A stretch of 64,000 bases of DNA from an uncultured Desulfobacteraceae bacterium (GTDB taxonomy: Bacteria; Desulfobacterota; Desulfobacteria; Desulfobacterales; UBA5616), in assembly GCA_964386565.1 (NCBI GenBank), contig CAYLRU010000002.1, positions 10,704-74,703 on the forward strand, written 5' to 3'. The notes below the pieces were generated by a model. It searched no databases and was not told the DNA's origin. It saw only the letters and a program-made list of their open reading frames with translations. Shown here in pieces: positions 32,402 through 41,603 of the stretch. The position numbers and the translations under genes are program-made. The first letter of the stretch is position 1. Every line of letters starts with the position of its first letter.

Positions 32402-32605
32402 CTATTCCGTCAGCACTTCAATGGCAAGGTCCGGACATCTCAATTCGCACAGTTTGCAGCAGATGCAATCTTGGGGCCGCACAGCCACGACCTTTTCTTC
32501 GTCATCCAGTTCGAGGACGTTTTTCGGACAAAAATGAACGCATATACCGCATCCTTTGCACCACTGCCGGTTAATCACATGCTCCTTCAATTTCGGTCTG
32601 CTCAT
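32402..32605 (-). CDS. korD: 2[4Fe-4S] ferredoxin, delta subunit
   Basis: CKGCGICVHFCP and CICCKLCELRCPD. Confidence 0.9.
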   Translation of the reverse strand: MSRPKLKEHVINRQWCKGCGICVHFCPKNVLELDDEEKVVAVRPQDCICCKLCELRCPDLAIEVLTE

Positions 32606-32649
32606 TTAAGCTTTCACCTTTCAGCCGTCAACTAGGTTGCACCATGATG

Positions 32650-33816
32650 TTACACGAACCGGCGCGTTACCCGGGTCAGCACCTCATCCACATTGTCCGG
32701 TGTAATATTCAGCCGGTCACGCCTCTGCTCGGAACGCTCTCTCAACCCGGGATCCTCCAAATCGGTCAAAGTGGTAAAATAACCCAGCCGCCGTCCCACC
32801 TGGTACAGGCACTGCTCCTCCGGGTCCATATCCAGAAAAGTCTGAAGTACGCCCAGCATCCGGTCCTTTTCTTCGGGCAGTTTTCCATCGACCTCCTGGA
32901 ACATGTTCAATATATGATCGCTGACGATGGTACTGTCAATTCCTTCGAGGGCGTCAATGAGTGTGTAAATTTCCTTAACCATTTCCACGTCCGTGGGTTT
33001 TTCAAACCGCCCGGCCGCCACCTCATCCAACAGGGGAATTCCCTCGGGAAGAGCCAGGGTCCTTAACCGGATAAAATCGGGATTGATATGGTTTAATGCA
33101 TCTGCAGTTTCCATGGCGTGCATATGGGAATGTTTCCGCCCGCCCAAACCCGGCATTACATACTCTGAAAGCTCGATGCCCGCCTGTTTTGCCTTCCGGC
33201 CGGCCCTGATATGCACGGCTTTGGTCACCCCCTTTTTCATCAGCTTGAGGACTTCATCCGAACCGGATTCCAGCCCGATGTGGATCCGGTTCAATCCGGC
33301 GGCCCGAATACCGGCCAGATCTTTATCCGTGATACGGGCCACCGTGTGGGACCTTGCGTACGACGTGATCCGCTCTACCCATGGAAACCGCATTTTCAGG
33401 TGATTTAATATTTGGATCAACTCGGCGGGTTTGATGATCATACTGTTGGCATCCTGGAGAAAAACAGATCGCATCCCCCCGGCCATCCAGTTATAGGCCG
33501 CCTGAAATGCCGGCAAATCCCAGGCCATGATATTTCCAGTTGCTTTCCGGATGTCGGAAGTGCTCACATGTCCGTTTTCATCAGCCAGGTCCAGGATGGT
33601 CCTGACATGCCGGTATACCTCGTCGATATCCCGGATCACATGCTCCACGGGTCGTATGGAAAACCGGGTCCCCTTGTAAACGGAACAAAAGGCGCAATGG
33701 TTCCATGGACAGTTCCGGGTCACCCGGATCAGCAGGCTGTAAGCCTCGCTTGGCGGCCGGATGGGTCCCTGTTCAAATCCCTGGTAAGGGATGTCTTTTT
33801 TATTATTATCCTTCAT
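32650..33816 (-). CDS. Radical SAM protein of unknown substrate
   Basis: GPIRPPSEAYSLLIRVTRNCPWNHCAFC (CX4CX2C), FLQDAN, IHIGLESG, SDH. Confidence 0.88.
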   Translation of the reverse strand: MKDNNKKDIPYQGFEQGPIRPPSEAYSLLIRVTRNCPWNHCAFCSVYKGTRFSIRPVEHVIRDIDEVYRHVRTILDLADENGHVSTSDIRKATGNIMAWDLPAFQAAYNWMAGGMRSVFLQDANSMIIKPAELIQILNHLKMRFPWVERITSYARSHTVARITDKDLAGIRAAGLNRIHIGLESGSDEVLKLMKKGVTKAVHIRAGRKAKQAGIELSEYVMPGLGGRKHSHMHAMETADALNHINPDFIRLRTLALPEGIPLLDEVAAGRFEKPTDVEMVKEIYTLIDALEGIDSTIVSDHILNMFQEVDGKLPEEKDRMLGVLQTFLDMDPEEQCLYQVGRRLGYFTTLTDLEDPGLRERSEQRRDRLNITPDNVDEVLTRVTRRFV

Positions 33817-33847
33817 ATGCCTTTTTCGTTATATGTTTCCGTAACAA

Positions 33848-33895
33848 TGACGGTCTCGTAAAAAAGTCTGAAAATAACTTTTTGCGAATTCATCA
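33848..33895. repeat. Palindromic intergenic repeat, copy 1
   Basis: TGACGGTCTCGTAAAAAAGT-spacer-ACTTTTTGCGAATTCATCA; related copy at 41487. Confidence 0.6.
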
Positions 33896-34102
33896 ACAAT
33901 GATTTTTCAGATTTTAAAGAATAAAATAACCCGTAATGCCTGATTAGTCAAATATGCAATCGTTACAAAAATACCTGTAAACAGCCTCGGGTTGTCCTGC
34001 AGCATCTTGCCGTTTGACATGGATGGGGCTTTTGGCATATGAATAGGCACTGCTTTTATAATGATTGCCTGCCTTTCCACGGAACGGTCTGGATAAAAAA
34101 AA

Positions 34103-35107
34103 TTGAAAGTATCCATGAACATCACCATATCACTGTTTTTCGCAGCATTTGCAGCGGCCGCGGCAGTGTTCCTGGAAACACGGCTATATGGAGATTATCC
34201 CGTAAGCCGGGAGGCTGCGGAAAAAACCGTGATGATCTCGACCGGTCAAAGCTTCGGCACCGTCATCGAAATTCTGTCCGGAGAGGGCCTGGTGAAAAAC
34301 CCGCTGAAATTCAAACTGCTCGCCAGGATCAAGGGATACGACAAACGGATCAGGGCCGGTGAATACCGGCTTTCCACGGAAATGTCACCCATACAGATGC
34401 TTGAAAAAATGGTGCGGGGCGACGTGGTTCTTCACCGGTTGACCATCCCTGAAGGGTACGATCTGGCCCGGATTGCCTCCGCTGTTGAACTTTGCGGTTG
34501 GGGTGACAAGTCCGCTTTTTTGGCTGCCGCCCGGGATGAAGCATTTGTCAAAAAACTTGGCTTTGACGCAAAAACATTTGAGGGATATTTATTCCCGGAA
34601 ACATACTATTTCCCCAAAGATGCCGACATCAGAACCATTATCACGACCATGGCCGAACGGTTTAAATCCATTTTCAAACCCGAGTGGGAAAAAAGGGCAA
34701 AAGATAAGGGATTCACGGTTCATCAGATCGTCACACTGGCGTCGATCATCGAAAAGGAAACCGGTGTGGACGCGGAACGTCCCATTATTTCATCCGTCTT
34801 CCATAACCGTCTGAAAAAGGGAATGCGCCTGGAAAGCGACCCGTCGGTCATCTACGGTATTGAAGACTTTGACGGCAATATCACCCGGAAGCATCTCAAT
34901 GCCCACACCCCATACAATACCTATAAAATCAAGGGTCTTCCACCGGGTCCCATTGCCAATCCCGGCATAAAGTCCATTGAGGCCGCGCTTTTCCCCGCAA
35001 ATACAAATTTTTTGTATTTCGTGTCTAAAAAAGATTCAACGCACCAGTTTTCCACCAACATCCGGGACCATAACCGGGCCGTTCGAAAATATCAATTGGG
35101 CCGGTAA
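34103..35107 (+). CDS. mltG: Endolytic transglycosylase MltG
   Basis: N-terminal TM, TIPEG, EGYLFPETY, LASIIEKET, YNTY, GLPPGPIANPG. Confidence 0.95.
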   Translation: MKVSMNITISLFFAAFAAAAAVFLETRLYGDYPVSREAAEKTVMISTGQSFGTVIEILSGEGLVKNPLKFKLLARIKGYDKRIRAGEYRLSTEMSPIQMLEKMVRGDVVLHRLTIPEGYDLARIASAVELCGWGDKSAFLAAARDEAFVKKLGFDAKTFEGYLFPETYYFPKDADIRTIITTMAERFKSIFKPEWEKRAKDKGFTVHQIVTLASIIEKETGVDAERPIISSVFHNRLKKGMRLESDPSVIYGIEDFDGNITRKHLNAHTPYNTYKIKGLPPGPIANPGIKSIEAALFPANTNFLYFVSKKDSTHQFSTNIRDHNRAVRKYQLGR

Positions 35108-35118
35108 AACGGGGAAAA

Positions 35119-36234
35119 ATGTTAAAAGGCCATTCAGAATCCCATATCCAGAAAATCCGGACATCTCTGACTTCATGGTATGTGAAAAACAAAAGGGATC
35201 TTCCCTGGCGGAAAACACGTGACCCTTATGCCATATGGGTATCCGAAGTCATGCTCCAGCAAACACAGGTCAACACGGTGATCCCGTATTATGAAAAGTT
35301 TTTGGCATCTTTTCCGGACATCGACACCCTGGCCCGGGCCGATATGGCAGAAGTACTGAAAAAGTGGGAAGGATTGGGATACTATGCACGGGCACGTCAT
35401 CTGCACCAGGCGGCAAACATCCTGTTAAAAGATTTTCACGGGAAAATACCCCGGAGCTACGATGACATCCACCGACTGCCCGGCGTCGGGAATTATATCG
35501 CATCGGCCGTTTTAAGCATTGCCTTTGGATTGCCCCATGCGGCGGTGGACGGAAACGTCAAGCGCGTGTTGTCCCGCCTGCTGCTCCTATATGATCCGGT
35601 AAACATGCCGTCGGCCCACAACATATTTAAAAAATGGGCGGGTATACTTCTGGACAGGAAAAACCCGGGGACCTTTAACCAGGCTCTAATGGAACTCGGA
35701 GCCCTGGTCTGTACGCCCAAAAACCCCGGCTGCGGCAAATGCCCCGTCCAAGACCTTTGTGCGGCATTTCAGGATAACGTAACCGACCATTACCCCAAAC
35801 GGATCAAAACCGGACGAATTCCGGAATATCACATTGCCGTAGGGGTGGTTTTTAAAAAGGACCGGGTTTTGATCACCCGGCGAAAACCGATGGGCTTGCT
35901 GGGAGGATTGTGGGAGTTTCCCGGGGGAAAGGTTAAGAAAGACGAAGCCCCCGAACAGGCCTGTGTCCGGGAGCTCCGTGAAGAGGTGAATTTAGACGTC
36001 CGGGTGGATAAATTCGTAACACAAATCAGACATGCATATACCCATTTTAAAATCGTCATGGACGTCTTTACCTGCCGGTATGTGTCCGGCAGAATCCGGC
36101 TGAACGGACCTGCGGATTTTAAATGGATAAAACTTTCCCGCATTGATAAGTATGCCTTTCCCAAGGCAAATCACAAATTCCTTCCCGCCCTCCTGGAAAT
36201 GGAAGGCCCCGGAACCGGAAACAAAAAAAATTAA
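35119..36234 (+). CDS. mutY: A/G-specific adenine glycosylase with C-terminal MutT-like domain
   Basis: WVSEVMLQQTQV, GLGYYARA, LPGVG, VDGNVKRV, CTPKNPGCGKCPVQDLC Fe-S motif. Confidence 0.96.
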   Translation: MLKGHSESHIQKIRTSLTSWYVKNKRDLPWRKTRDPYAIWVSEVMLQQTQVNTVIPYYEKFLASFPDIDTLARADMAEVLKKWEGLGYYARARHLHQAANILLKDFHGKIPRSYDDIHRLPGVGNYIASAVLSIAFGLPHAAVDGNVKRVLSRLLLLYDPVNMPSAHNIFKKWAGILLDRKNPGTFNQALMELGALVCTPKNPGCGKCPVQDLCAAFQDNVTDHYPKRIKTGRIPEYHIAVGVVFKKDRVLITRRKPMGLLGGLWEFPGGKVKKDEAPEQACVRELREEVNLDVRVDKFVTQIRHAYTHFKIVMDVFTCRYVSGRIRLNGPADFKWIKLSRIDKYAFPKANHKFLPALLEMEGPGTGNKKN

Positions 36235-36301
36235 CGTTTCAACGTACCGATCGATAATTCCGTTGCCGAACCCACACGGTAAAGCGACGGGGATTGATCT
36301 T

Positions 36302-36859
36302 TTAACCGCCCCATGCCCACTGGTCCGCCGCACAGGTATTCAGCCAAACCGGCATATCCCCGGCATCAAGGCAGCGCCTTAAGTGATCGCATACCAAAAG
36401 ATCCGTTGGAAACGCCATATTTGCCGGAAGGGAGTCCAAAGGAAAAAACCTGACTTTCTCGGCGTCCGAGCCGGCTTTTAAATCACCGCCGATCCATTTG
36501 CCCCAAAACCAGATCCCCACGGTTTGCCGCTCCATGTCGTGAAAATTGGAATGCACGGTAAATACCGGACCGATGTCAATCGTCAGTCCGGTCTCTTCAA
36601 ACGCTTCCCTCCTGGCCGCCTGGCGGACATCTTCGTTCCATTCCAGGTGGCCGCATGGGATACACCACATGCCTTCATATGTCCCCAGCCTTTTTACCAG
36701 AAGAATTTGACTTTCCTTTACGACAATAATCGCCACACCTACTGTGGGATTCCGGTAATGCTTAATATTGCAGGCGGAACAAAACAAGCGGTTTTTTTCC
36801 CCGTCGTGGATCCGGGTCAATCTTTTTCCGCAATACGGACAAAAAACAAATTCCATCAT
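36302..36859 (-). CDS. NUDIX hydrolase with N-terminal zinc ribbon
   Basis: FCPYCG...CSAC, YRNP, Nudix box [23 protein letters not shown]. Confidence 0.9.
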   Translation of the reverse strand: MMEFVFCPYCGKRLTRIHDGEKNRLFCSACNIKHYRNPTVGVAIIVVKESQILLVKRLGTYEGMWCIPCGHLEWNEDVRQAARREAFEETGLTIDIGPVFTVHSNFHDMERQTVGIWFWGKWIGGDLKAGSDAEKVRFFPLDSLPANMAFPTDLLVCDHLRRCLDAGDMPVWLNTCAADQWAWGG

Positions 36860-37092
36860 GTCTCCTCTTCATCGTCTTAATCCGATATGATCGTCTTCTA
36901 TCTGAATTTACCGGATATTTGTCAAGCCTGTAAATTCCAAGCCGGGGTTTTGACCAATTCCCGTCAATTTTCGTTTCGCGATGCCATTGTGTTTAAAGAC
37001 CTTGCCCCCCCGTGCTTTTTCCGATATGAAGATTTACACAACAAAGCAACATCCGAATCTATTCTCCAAACTTTTCTTTCGGGATATCCATT

Positions 37093-38445
37093 ATGCAAAA
37101 CAAAGCCGTTTCAGAACAGTTTGCCGAATTTGTCGCTGACCTGTCATATTCCCATCTTACCGAATCCCAGGTTTATCAGTTGAAGACTTTTTTTCTGGAC
37201 TGGCTGGCATCCGCAATTGCCGGTCAAACGGAAACACCCGTGAAAATACTGGATACGGTAATCAGAAACATGGGCGGCGTCCCCGAAGCCACGGTTTTCC
37301 CGGGGCTTAGAAAGGCCCCGTGTCTGTTTGCCGCACTGACGAACGGGGCGTCTTCCCACGTAAAGGAAATGGACGACCTTCACAGAGCATCCATTTTTCA
37401 CCCATCTGCCGCCATTATGCCCGCTGTTTTTGCTTCAGCCGAGCAGACCCATGTTACGGGAAAGGAAATGCTTGCGGCCATTGCAGCGGGTTTTGAGGTG
37501 GGCATTCGAATTGCATTGGCATCAGGCCCGTCGCATTACCGTCACTGGCACACCACGGGAACCTGCGGGACCTTCGGCGCTGCTGCAGGTGCCGCCAAAG
37601 TCCTGGGGCTCAATGCCGATGAAATTGCATGGGCAATGGGATCAGCCGGAACACAAGCGGCCGGCCTGTGGGAATTTTTACGGGAAAATGCCATGAGCAA
37701 GCAATTGCATGCAGGCAAGGCAGCCTTTAACGGCCTCCTTTCAGCCCTGTTGGCACAAAATGGTTTTACCGGCGCCAGGCACATCCTGGAAGGTCCAAAA
37801 GGTTTCTTCGCCGCCACCTCGGCGGAAAACCCGTCTGACGGATATCTTGACGGGCTGGGGTCTGAATTCTTGTTTGAGCAGAATTCATTGAAATACTATG
37901 CATCCTGCGGCCACACCCATTCGGCTGTTGAAGCGACCGTCAAGGCCCTCTCGACCTCCCCCTGCAATCCGGATGATATTGATCATATCCGGGTTTCCGT
38001 TTACCAGGCCGCACTGGATCTGTTGGGCACGGTGTCGCCGGACACCCCCCTTGCCGCAAAATTCAATTTGCCTTTCTGTGTCGCCCTGGCCGTTAAATTC
38101 GGGCATGCCGGAATCGATGAATTCAACGAGACGAACTTAAATGATCCGGAAATAAAACGCCTGATGGCCTGCATTTCCATAAACAGCGATCCTCAATTAA
38201 GTGATGCGTATCCGGAAAAATGGCCGGCGCGGGTGGAGATTAAAACCAGGACCGGCAGCATCTTCATGGGCCAGGTGGACAGCCCCAAGGGGGATTCTGA
38301 AAACCCGTTGACCCGGGAGGAGTTGCTGGAAAAATTTCACCTTCTGACAAATGGTCTTATCAACAAAACCCTTGCTGAAAAGCTGGTCGATCAGGCCATG
38401 AACCTGGAATCCATTCCCGATGTTGCAAACATGGTGAATTTATAA
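37093..38445 (+). CDS. MmgE/PrpD family protein
   Basis: HVKEMDDLH, FHPS, WHTTGTCG, KQLHAG, LEGPKGF, KYYASCGHTH, PKGDSENP. Confidence 0.92.
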   Translation: MQNKAVSEQFAEFVADLSYSHLTESQVYQLKTFFLDWLASAIAGQTETPVKILDTVIRNMGGVPEATVFPGLRKAPCLFAALTNGASSHVKEMDDLHRASIFHPSAAIMPAVFASAEQTHVTGKEMLAAIAAGFEVGIRIALASGPSHYRHWHTTGTCGTFGAAAGAAKVLGLNADEIAWAMGSAGTQAAGLWEFLRENAMSKQLHAGKAAFNGLLSALLAQNGFTGARHILEGPKGFFAATSAENPSDGYLDGLGSEFLFEQNSLKYYASCGHTHSAVEATVKALSTSPCNPDDIDHIRVSVYQAALDLLGTVSPDTPLAAKFNLPFCVALAVKFGHAGIDEFNETNLNDPEIKRLMACISINSDPQLSDAYPEKWPARVEIKTRTGSIFMGQVDSPKGDSENPLTREELLEKFHLLTNGLINKTLAEKLVDQAMNLESIPDVANMVNL

Positions 38446-38483
38446 GGGTAAAAAAAAAAGAAAATGGATCAACATCTGTCGGG

Positions 38484-39473
38484 TTACCCGCCTTTAAACA
38501 AACGCCGGGGATTATCCTCCAAAATGGTTTTAACCTGCTCGTCGGATATCCCGGCATTTTTTAAAAACGGAATAATATTTTTAAACAAATGAGTGACATG
38601 CCAGTTTTCCAGAAGCGGCCTGAACGGTTCCGGCAGCTCCGGGCTTGGACGACCCAGCCAATAGGCGATGGTATCATGGGAAAGTATTATCCGGTTGATG
38701 TGTCCGGTCCCGATCAAACCCATGATTACCGCATATTTTTCATTCTCCATGGGACAATCCTCCACGATCTGGATGCCCATCCGATCAAAAGCGTCATACA
38801 CGCCTTTGTTGAGGACTTCCATATGATAATGAATATCGGTGCTGTCACTCATATGACCGATCATGATCCTGGCAGGATCAGCCCCCTCATCAATGAGCAA
38901 CTGTGCCTGTTCGGGTCCCATACTGCCCCCCTGGGTATGGGTGATAATGGGAACGCCGGTTTCTTTCTGCGCCCTTGCCGCCGCTTTAAAGAACATCCGC
39001 TCATAGTCGGTGATCATGTCCTTGCTGCTGGCCAGTTTGATGACACCTGCCTTTATGCCGGTTTTTCCGATACCATGCGTGATTTCAGTCATGAACATCT
39101 CATAGATCTCTTCCGTGGCATCCGAGACGATATTACGGAATTTAAAATAGGGAGAGGCGCCCATATCCTCGAAATAAAAACCAGTGGCGCAAATGATGTT
39201 TATCCCGGATTTTTCTGAAACCTCTTTTAACAGTTCCGGGTCGCGTCCGGTCTCGTTGGGTGTCGCATCCACAAAGGACTTCACACCGTACGCCTTGACC
39301 TCCGCCATGGTCTCAAGGCCGGCCGATACCGCTGCTTCGCGGTCAAACGGCGCCATGGTGCAGTCGCCGTACCAGCCCGGATATCCGAAAATAACATGTT
39401 CGTGCATCAAGGTAACACCGAGATCATCCGGAGAAATCGGTCCGGTGACCGTATTCACCACTGTTTGTTTCAT
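38484..39473 (-). CDS. Phosphotriesterase-like amidohydrolase (possible lactonase)
   Basis: LGVTLMHEH, GVIKLA, ITHT, IGHM, LSHD, NPRRLF. Confidence 0.92.
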   Translation of the reverse strand: MKQTVVNTVTGPISPDDLGVTLMHEHVIFGYPGWYGDCTMAPFDREAAVSAGLETMAEVKAYGVKSFVDATPNETGRDPELLKEVSEKSGINIICATGFYFEDMGASPYFKFRNIVSDATEEIYEMFMTEITHGIGKTGIKAGVIKLASSKDMITDYERMFFKAAARAQKETGVPIITHTQGGSMGPEQAQLLIDEGADPARIMIGHMSDSTDIHYHMEVLNKGVYDAFDRMGIQIVEDCPMENEKYAVIMGLIGTGHINRIILSHDTIAYWLGRPSPELPEPFRPLLENWHVTHLFKNIIPFLKNAGISDEQVKTILEDNPRRLFKGG

Positions 39474-39706
39474 AAGACCTCCTTTGTACGGCTTTTAAAT
39501 CGGAATCGTTGAAGGTATATTTATCGGAACAACCATTGCGCGAAGTTTATGCATGGGATCGAATGCTCTCCAACCGGCAACCCGAAACTGAATATCCTAT
39601 ACGCCCAAATTCCGTTTTATGCAATATCCAATAACTTTGACGTGACTTCCCGTGCTTTTGCTGTTTATTCTTAAATGCATTGTTTTTTAACGTTTTTAAA
39701 AAAATC

Positions 39707-39734
39707 TTGATTTAATAATGAAACGGGTTATCAT
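39707..39734 (+). promoter_or_regulatory. Probable sigma70 promoter of the csp gene, followed by a long structured leader
   Basis: TTGATT-N16-TATCAT with an AT-rich upstream tract; GCCTTAT/ATAAGGC hairpin at 39754-39771. Confidence 0.5.
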
Positions 39735-39859
39735 AAAATTGATATTATCGGTCGCCTTATTTCCATAAGGCCTGTATCGTTCTACGGGGAATGCCCATTT
39801 TGCTGGAGTGGCATCCTGAATAGTGGAACCAAATTATTATAGAGGGGGGGGAAGCTACT

Positions 39860-40060
39860 TTGGCAGACGGTATCGTAAAATGGTTTGATGACAAAAAAGG
39901 GTATGGTTTTATCGAGCAGGAAGACGGACCGGACATCTTTGTTCATTATTCCGGGATTCAGGGAACCGGTTTCAAATCCTTGAATGAAGGGGATCGGGTT
40001 ACCTTTGATGTTGAACAAGGCAACAAGGGCCCGGCAGCCGTTAATGTGGTTGTAAAATAA
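39860..40060 (+). CDS. Cold-shock protein (CspA family)
   Basis: [13 protein letters not shown] (RNP1), DIFVHYS (RNP2), KGPAAVNV. Confidence 0.97.
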   Translation: MADGIVKWFDDKKGYGFIEQEDGPDIFVHYSGIQGTGFKSLNEGDRVTFDVEQGNKGPAAVNVVVK

Positions 40061-40080
40061 GAAGCATTGCAGAAAAAAAT

Positions 40081-40118
40081 AAATCAGGATATTTTATTCG
40101 GTTAAAATATCCTGATTT
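40081..40118 (+). terminator. Terminator hairpin after the csp gene
   Basis: Perfect 16-bp inverted repeat AAATCAGGATATTTTA-ttcggt-TAAAATATCCTGATTT. Confidence 0.7.
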
Positions 40119-40480
40119 TCATAAAAATATCTATCCTGCAGACTTCCCTATTCGAAAAAGACCCATCACACGAAAAGCACCCCCCCAGATCAACAGCGAA
40201 GCCTGAGTCGATCCGAAAATACAACCGTATTTCCCTCTATACGGGAGGCGATTTCTTTTCTCTCTTCAAAATACCTCAAATGGGAAACAGCCTCTCCGGT
40301 TGACCGGCAGCAATCGATTTGGGCACATTGCTTTGTAAAAATCCCTCAACCCGGAAAAAAATAAGGGGAAAAGTCTTGATTTTTCTGACAAGTGGTGATT
40401 AGACATCAAGCCTTATGGGTTTTGTTGATTCAAACCTGAAGCTGTTTTTTACATGACATCTTCATGGCAACTTATCGTGA

Positions 40481-40556
40481 ATGCCGGGAGCCGGACGGAT
40501 ACGGTTTTTGACCGTCCGGGGATATAAAACCGAAGGGCATCATAATTTCCCGGCAT
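40481..40556 (+). ncRNA. Candidate structured cis-regulatory leader with pseudoknot
   Basis: ATGCCGGGA/TCCCGGCAT, CCGGACGG/CCGTCCGG, and loop CGGTTTT complementary to AAAACCG; ends just before the SD AAGGAGG. Confidence 0.35.
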
Positions 40557-40572
40557 CAAGGAGGTACGTGAT

Positions 40573-41466
40573 ATGGGTTTTTTAATGGATTTATCCGGCC
40601 CCATGAGGCCGCGATTCCTGGTTTTAACACCGGCCTGCGTTTTGTTGGGCCTTGGAACGGCCATGTGGTCAGGAAACACGATAAATCCGGTTCATTTCAT
40701 CCTGCTGCTCATCGGTGCCGTATCAGCACATATCAGTGTGAACGCATTTAATGAATATTTCGACTTTAAAAGCGGACTGGATTTTAAAACCCAAAAAACA
40801 CCCTTTTCCGGCGGGACAGGCACACTGCCGCAAAATCCCGGCATGGCCAAACCGACCCTGATCACCTCATGGGCCACCTTCGGCCTGACCGCTGTCATCG
40901 GAATATACTTTTTAATCATCAAGGGCATGGCGCTTTTACCATTGGGACTGCTGGGGCTGTTTCTCGTATATGCCTATACACCGGTTTTAACGCACAATCG
41001 TTATCTGTGTATGGCTGCACCGGGCCTGGGATTCGGACCCGTTATGGTCATGGGAACACATTTCGTGCTTACCGGCGAATATTCCGTTACCGCCTTTCTC
41101 ACCTCGATGATTCCTTTCTTTCTGGTCAGTGACCTGTTGTTGTTAAACCAGTTTCCGGACGTAGACGCGGACAAAAGCATTGGAAGACGACACTTCCCCA
41201 TTGATATCGGACGGCAGGCCAGCAGTCTGGTGTATTGTCTTTTCATGCTGGGTGCATTTATGACAATCTGCATCGGCGTCTATTTCGGGTACCTCCCCAA
41301 GGCAGCGCTTATGGGCCTTATCACCGCACTGCTGGCCGTTCCGGTATGCATCGGCGCCTTCCGTTATTCGGACAATATCAAAAAGCTGCTGCCCGTTATG
41401 GCCTTAAACGTCGTCATCAATATCGCCACGCCCATTCTGGTGGCGGTGGGGCTGTTTATTCAGTAA
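40573..41466 (+). CDS. UbiA-superfamily prenyltransferase, MenA-like
   Basis: RPRFL, NEYFDFKSGLD, NQFPDVDAD Asp-rich motifs, multiple TMs. Confidence 0.88.
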   Translation: MGFLMDLSGPMRPRFLVLTPACVLLGLGTAMWSGNTINPVHFILLLIGAVSAHISVNAFNEYFDFKSGLDFKTQKTPFSGGTGTLPQNPGMAKPTLITSWATFGLTAVIGIYFLIIKGMALLPLGLLGLFLVYAYTPVLTHNRYLCMAAPGLGFGPVMVMGTHFVLTGEYSVTAFLTSMIPFFLVSDLLLLNQFPDVDADKSIGRRHFPIDIGRQASSLVYCLFMLGAFMTICIGVYFGYLPKAALMGLITALLAVPVCIGAFRYSDNIKKLLPVMALNVVINIATPILVAVGLFIQ

Positions 41467-41486
41467 AAAAGCGGGTGTATTTAAAA

Positions 41487-41537
41487 TTTGATGTGCTCGT
41501 AAAAAGCCGGGAAACGATTTTTTACGAAAGTTTTATC
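41487..41537. repeat. Palindromic intergenic repeat, copy 2
   Basis: TTTGATGTGCTCGTAAAAAG-spacer-TTTTTTACGAAAG; shares the TCGTAAAAA/TTTTTRCGA core with 33848. Confidence 0.6.
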
Positions 41538-41603
41538 TGTTAATGTCAGCCGTCAATTCACACCTTTCCCGCTTTTAACCGCATACCGATCACATGAGGT
41601 CCT

